A stretch of DNA of 63,648 nt, filler included, from Octopus bimaculoides (lineage: Eukaryota), in NCBI RefSeq assembly GCF_001194135.2. It is 8 parts of 7 records of this genome, joined end to end, with 100 filler letters (N's around TTAATTAATTAA, not from the genome) between each part and the next. Parts side by side here need not be neighbours in the genome. Positions count along the whole stretch, not along the records: positions 61,390 to 63,648 come from NC_068981.1; 7 more parts are not named here. The stretch is one strand, 5' to 3'. Positions 62,843 through 63,648 of this stretch are shown one piece after another. Under the pieces are notes generated by a model, which worked only from the letters and a program-made list of their open reading frames with translations, had not been told where the DNA came from and made no database searches. A program made the translations under genes and the position numbers. The stretch's first letter is position 1. Each line of letters begins with the position of its first letter.

Positions 62843-63320
62843 CTGGGCAAATTTCAGGGAGGTCCTACCTTAGCTGGCAACTAAGGGCCTCTTGCTCAAG
62901 ATGAAAGGTAGACCGTATGATTCATGGGTGCAAACGGCCATGCTAGATGGCAGGGAAACATGGGCCATGACTGCTGAGGACATGCATAAGCTTGAAAGAA
63001 ATGAAGCTTGTATGATCTGCTGGATGTGTAATGTCAGTGTGCATACATGACAGAGTGAAAGAAATGTTGGACATAAGAAGCATCAGATGTGGTGTGCAAG
63101 AGAGATGACAGTGCTGGTATGCTCATGTGTTACGTATAGATGAGGACATCTGTATGAGGAAGTGCCACAACCTAACTGTGGAAGAGACAACCCAGGAAGA
63201 CATGGGATGAGGTGGTGAAGCATGACCTTCGAACGTTGAACAATGACAGGAGAAAAGGACTTTGGAGATATGCTGTGATTGAGAAAACCCGGCAAGTAAA
63301 GTGAAATTGCAGCCATGATC
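62843..63320 (+). mobile_element. RTE-clade LINE, 5'-truncated, older and more decayed
   Basis: AWANFREVLP*LATKGL..KMKGRPYDSWVQTAMLDGRETWAMTAEDMHKLERNEA...PRKTWDEVVKHDL-like; deletions and stops. Confidence 0.85.
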
Positions 63321-63602
63321 AGTGGCCAGTGCCCTCTGACCGGCTCAGTGGAACATAAAATGTACCATTTGAACATGGTCAGTACCATGTCCTATTGAAT
63401 TCATCCACCCTTTGATGGGCTTTGTTTTCCACCCTGCAGGGTTTTCAATGAAAACTAGCCTCCTTGCTAAGCAGGCTGGATAGGGTTGTTGGTTTGGTTG
63501 CCAATGGCCTGACCATGTGACAAGTTGCACTTGGTTACACATTACCAAAGCACTAAGAATGACCTGACATTATACACACACATGTATATATAAATGTACA
63601 TA

Positions 63603-63648
<46 letters not shown>

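Overview
This is a eukaryotic, gap-rich draft-assembly window made up mostly of microsatellites, SINEs and decayed transposon fragments. From my recognition of the repeat families and the microsatellite load, I infer a coleoid cephalopod, most likely Octopus; no database search was run. I found no intact host protein-coding gene. Almost all ORFs in the supplied track are artefacts of N-runs or simple repeats. Recognisable coding remnants are all mobile-element derived: Penelope-like (PLE) reverse transcriptase and GIY-YIG endonuclease pieces, two CR1 3' ends, three RTE ORF 3' ends, an R4/Dong-type restriction-like-endonuclease LINE, a mariner transposase pseudogene, a second Tc1/mariner end and two mariner-type MITEs. 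The best signals are RNA-level. One is a 388-bp fold-back element (1682-2069) flanked by an 11-bp direct repeat, joining a tRNA-like Pol III head to a minimal hammerhead-ribozyme motif. The other is a second, unrelated, nearly complete type I hammerhead fold at 26.3 kb. Both genomic copies carry mutations that probably inactivate them. Also notable are a four-copy tandem SINE array, inverted retroelement pairs that could form dsRNA, and an apparent CpG-depletion domain switch that coincides with unsized scaffold gaps. SINE family labels A/B/C are my working names. Whether these elements are already described cannot be established without a Dfam/Repbase/Rfam search.
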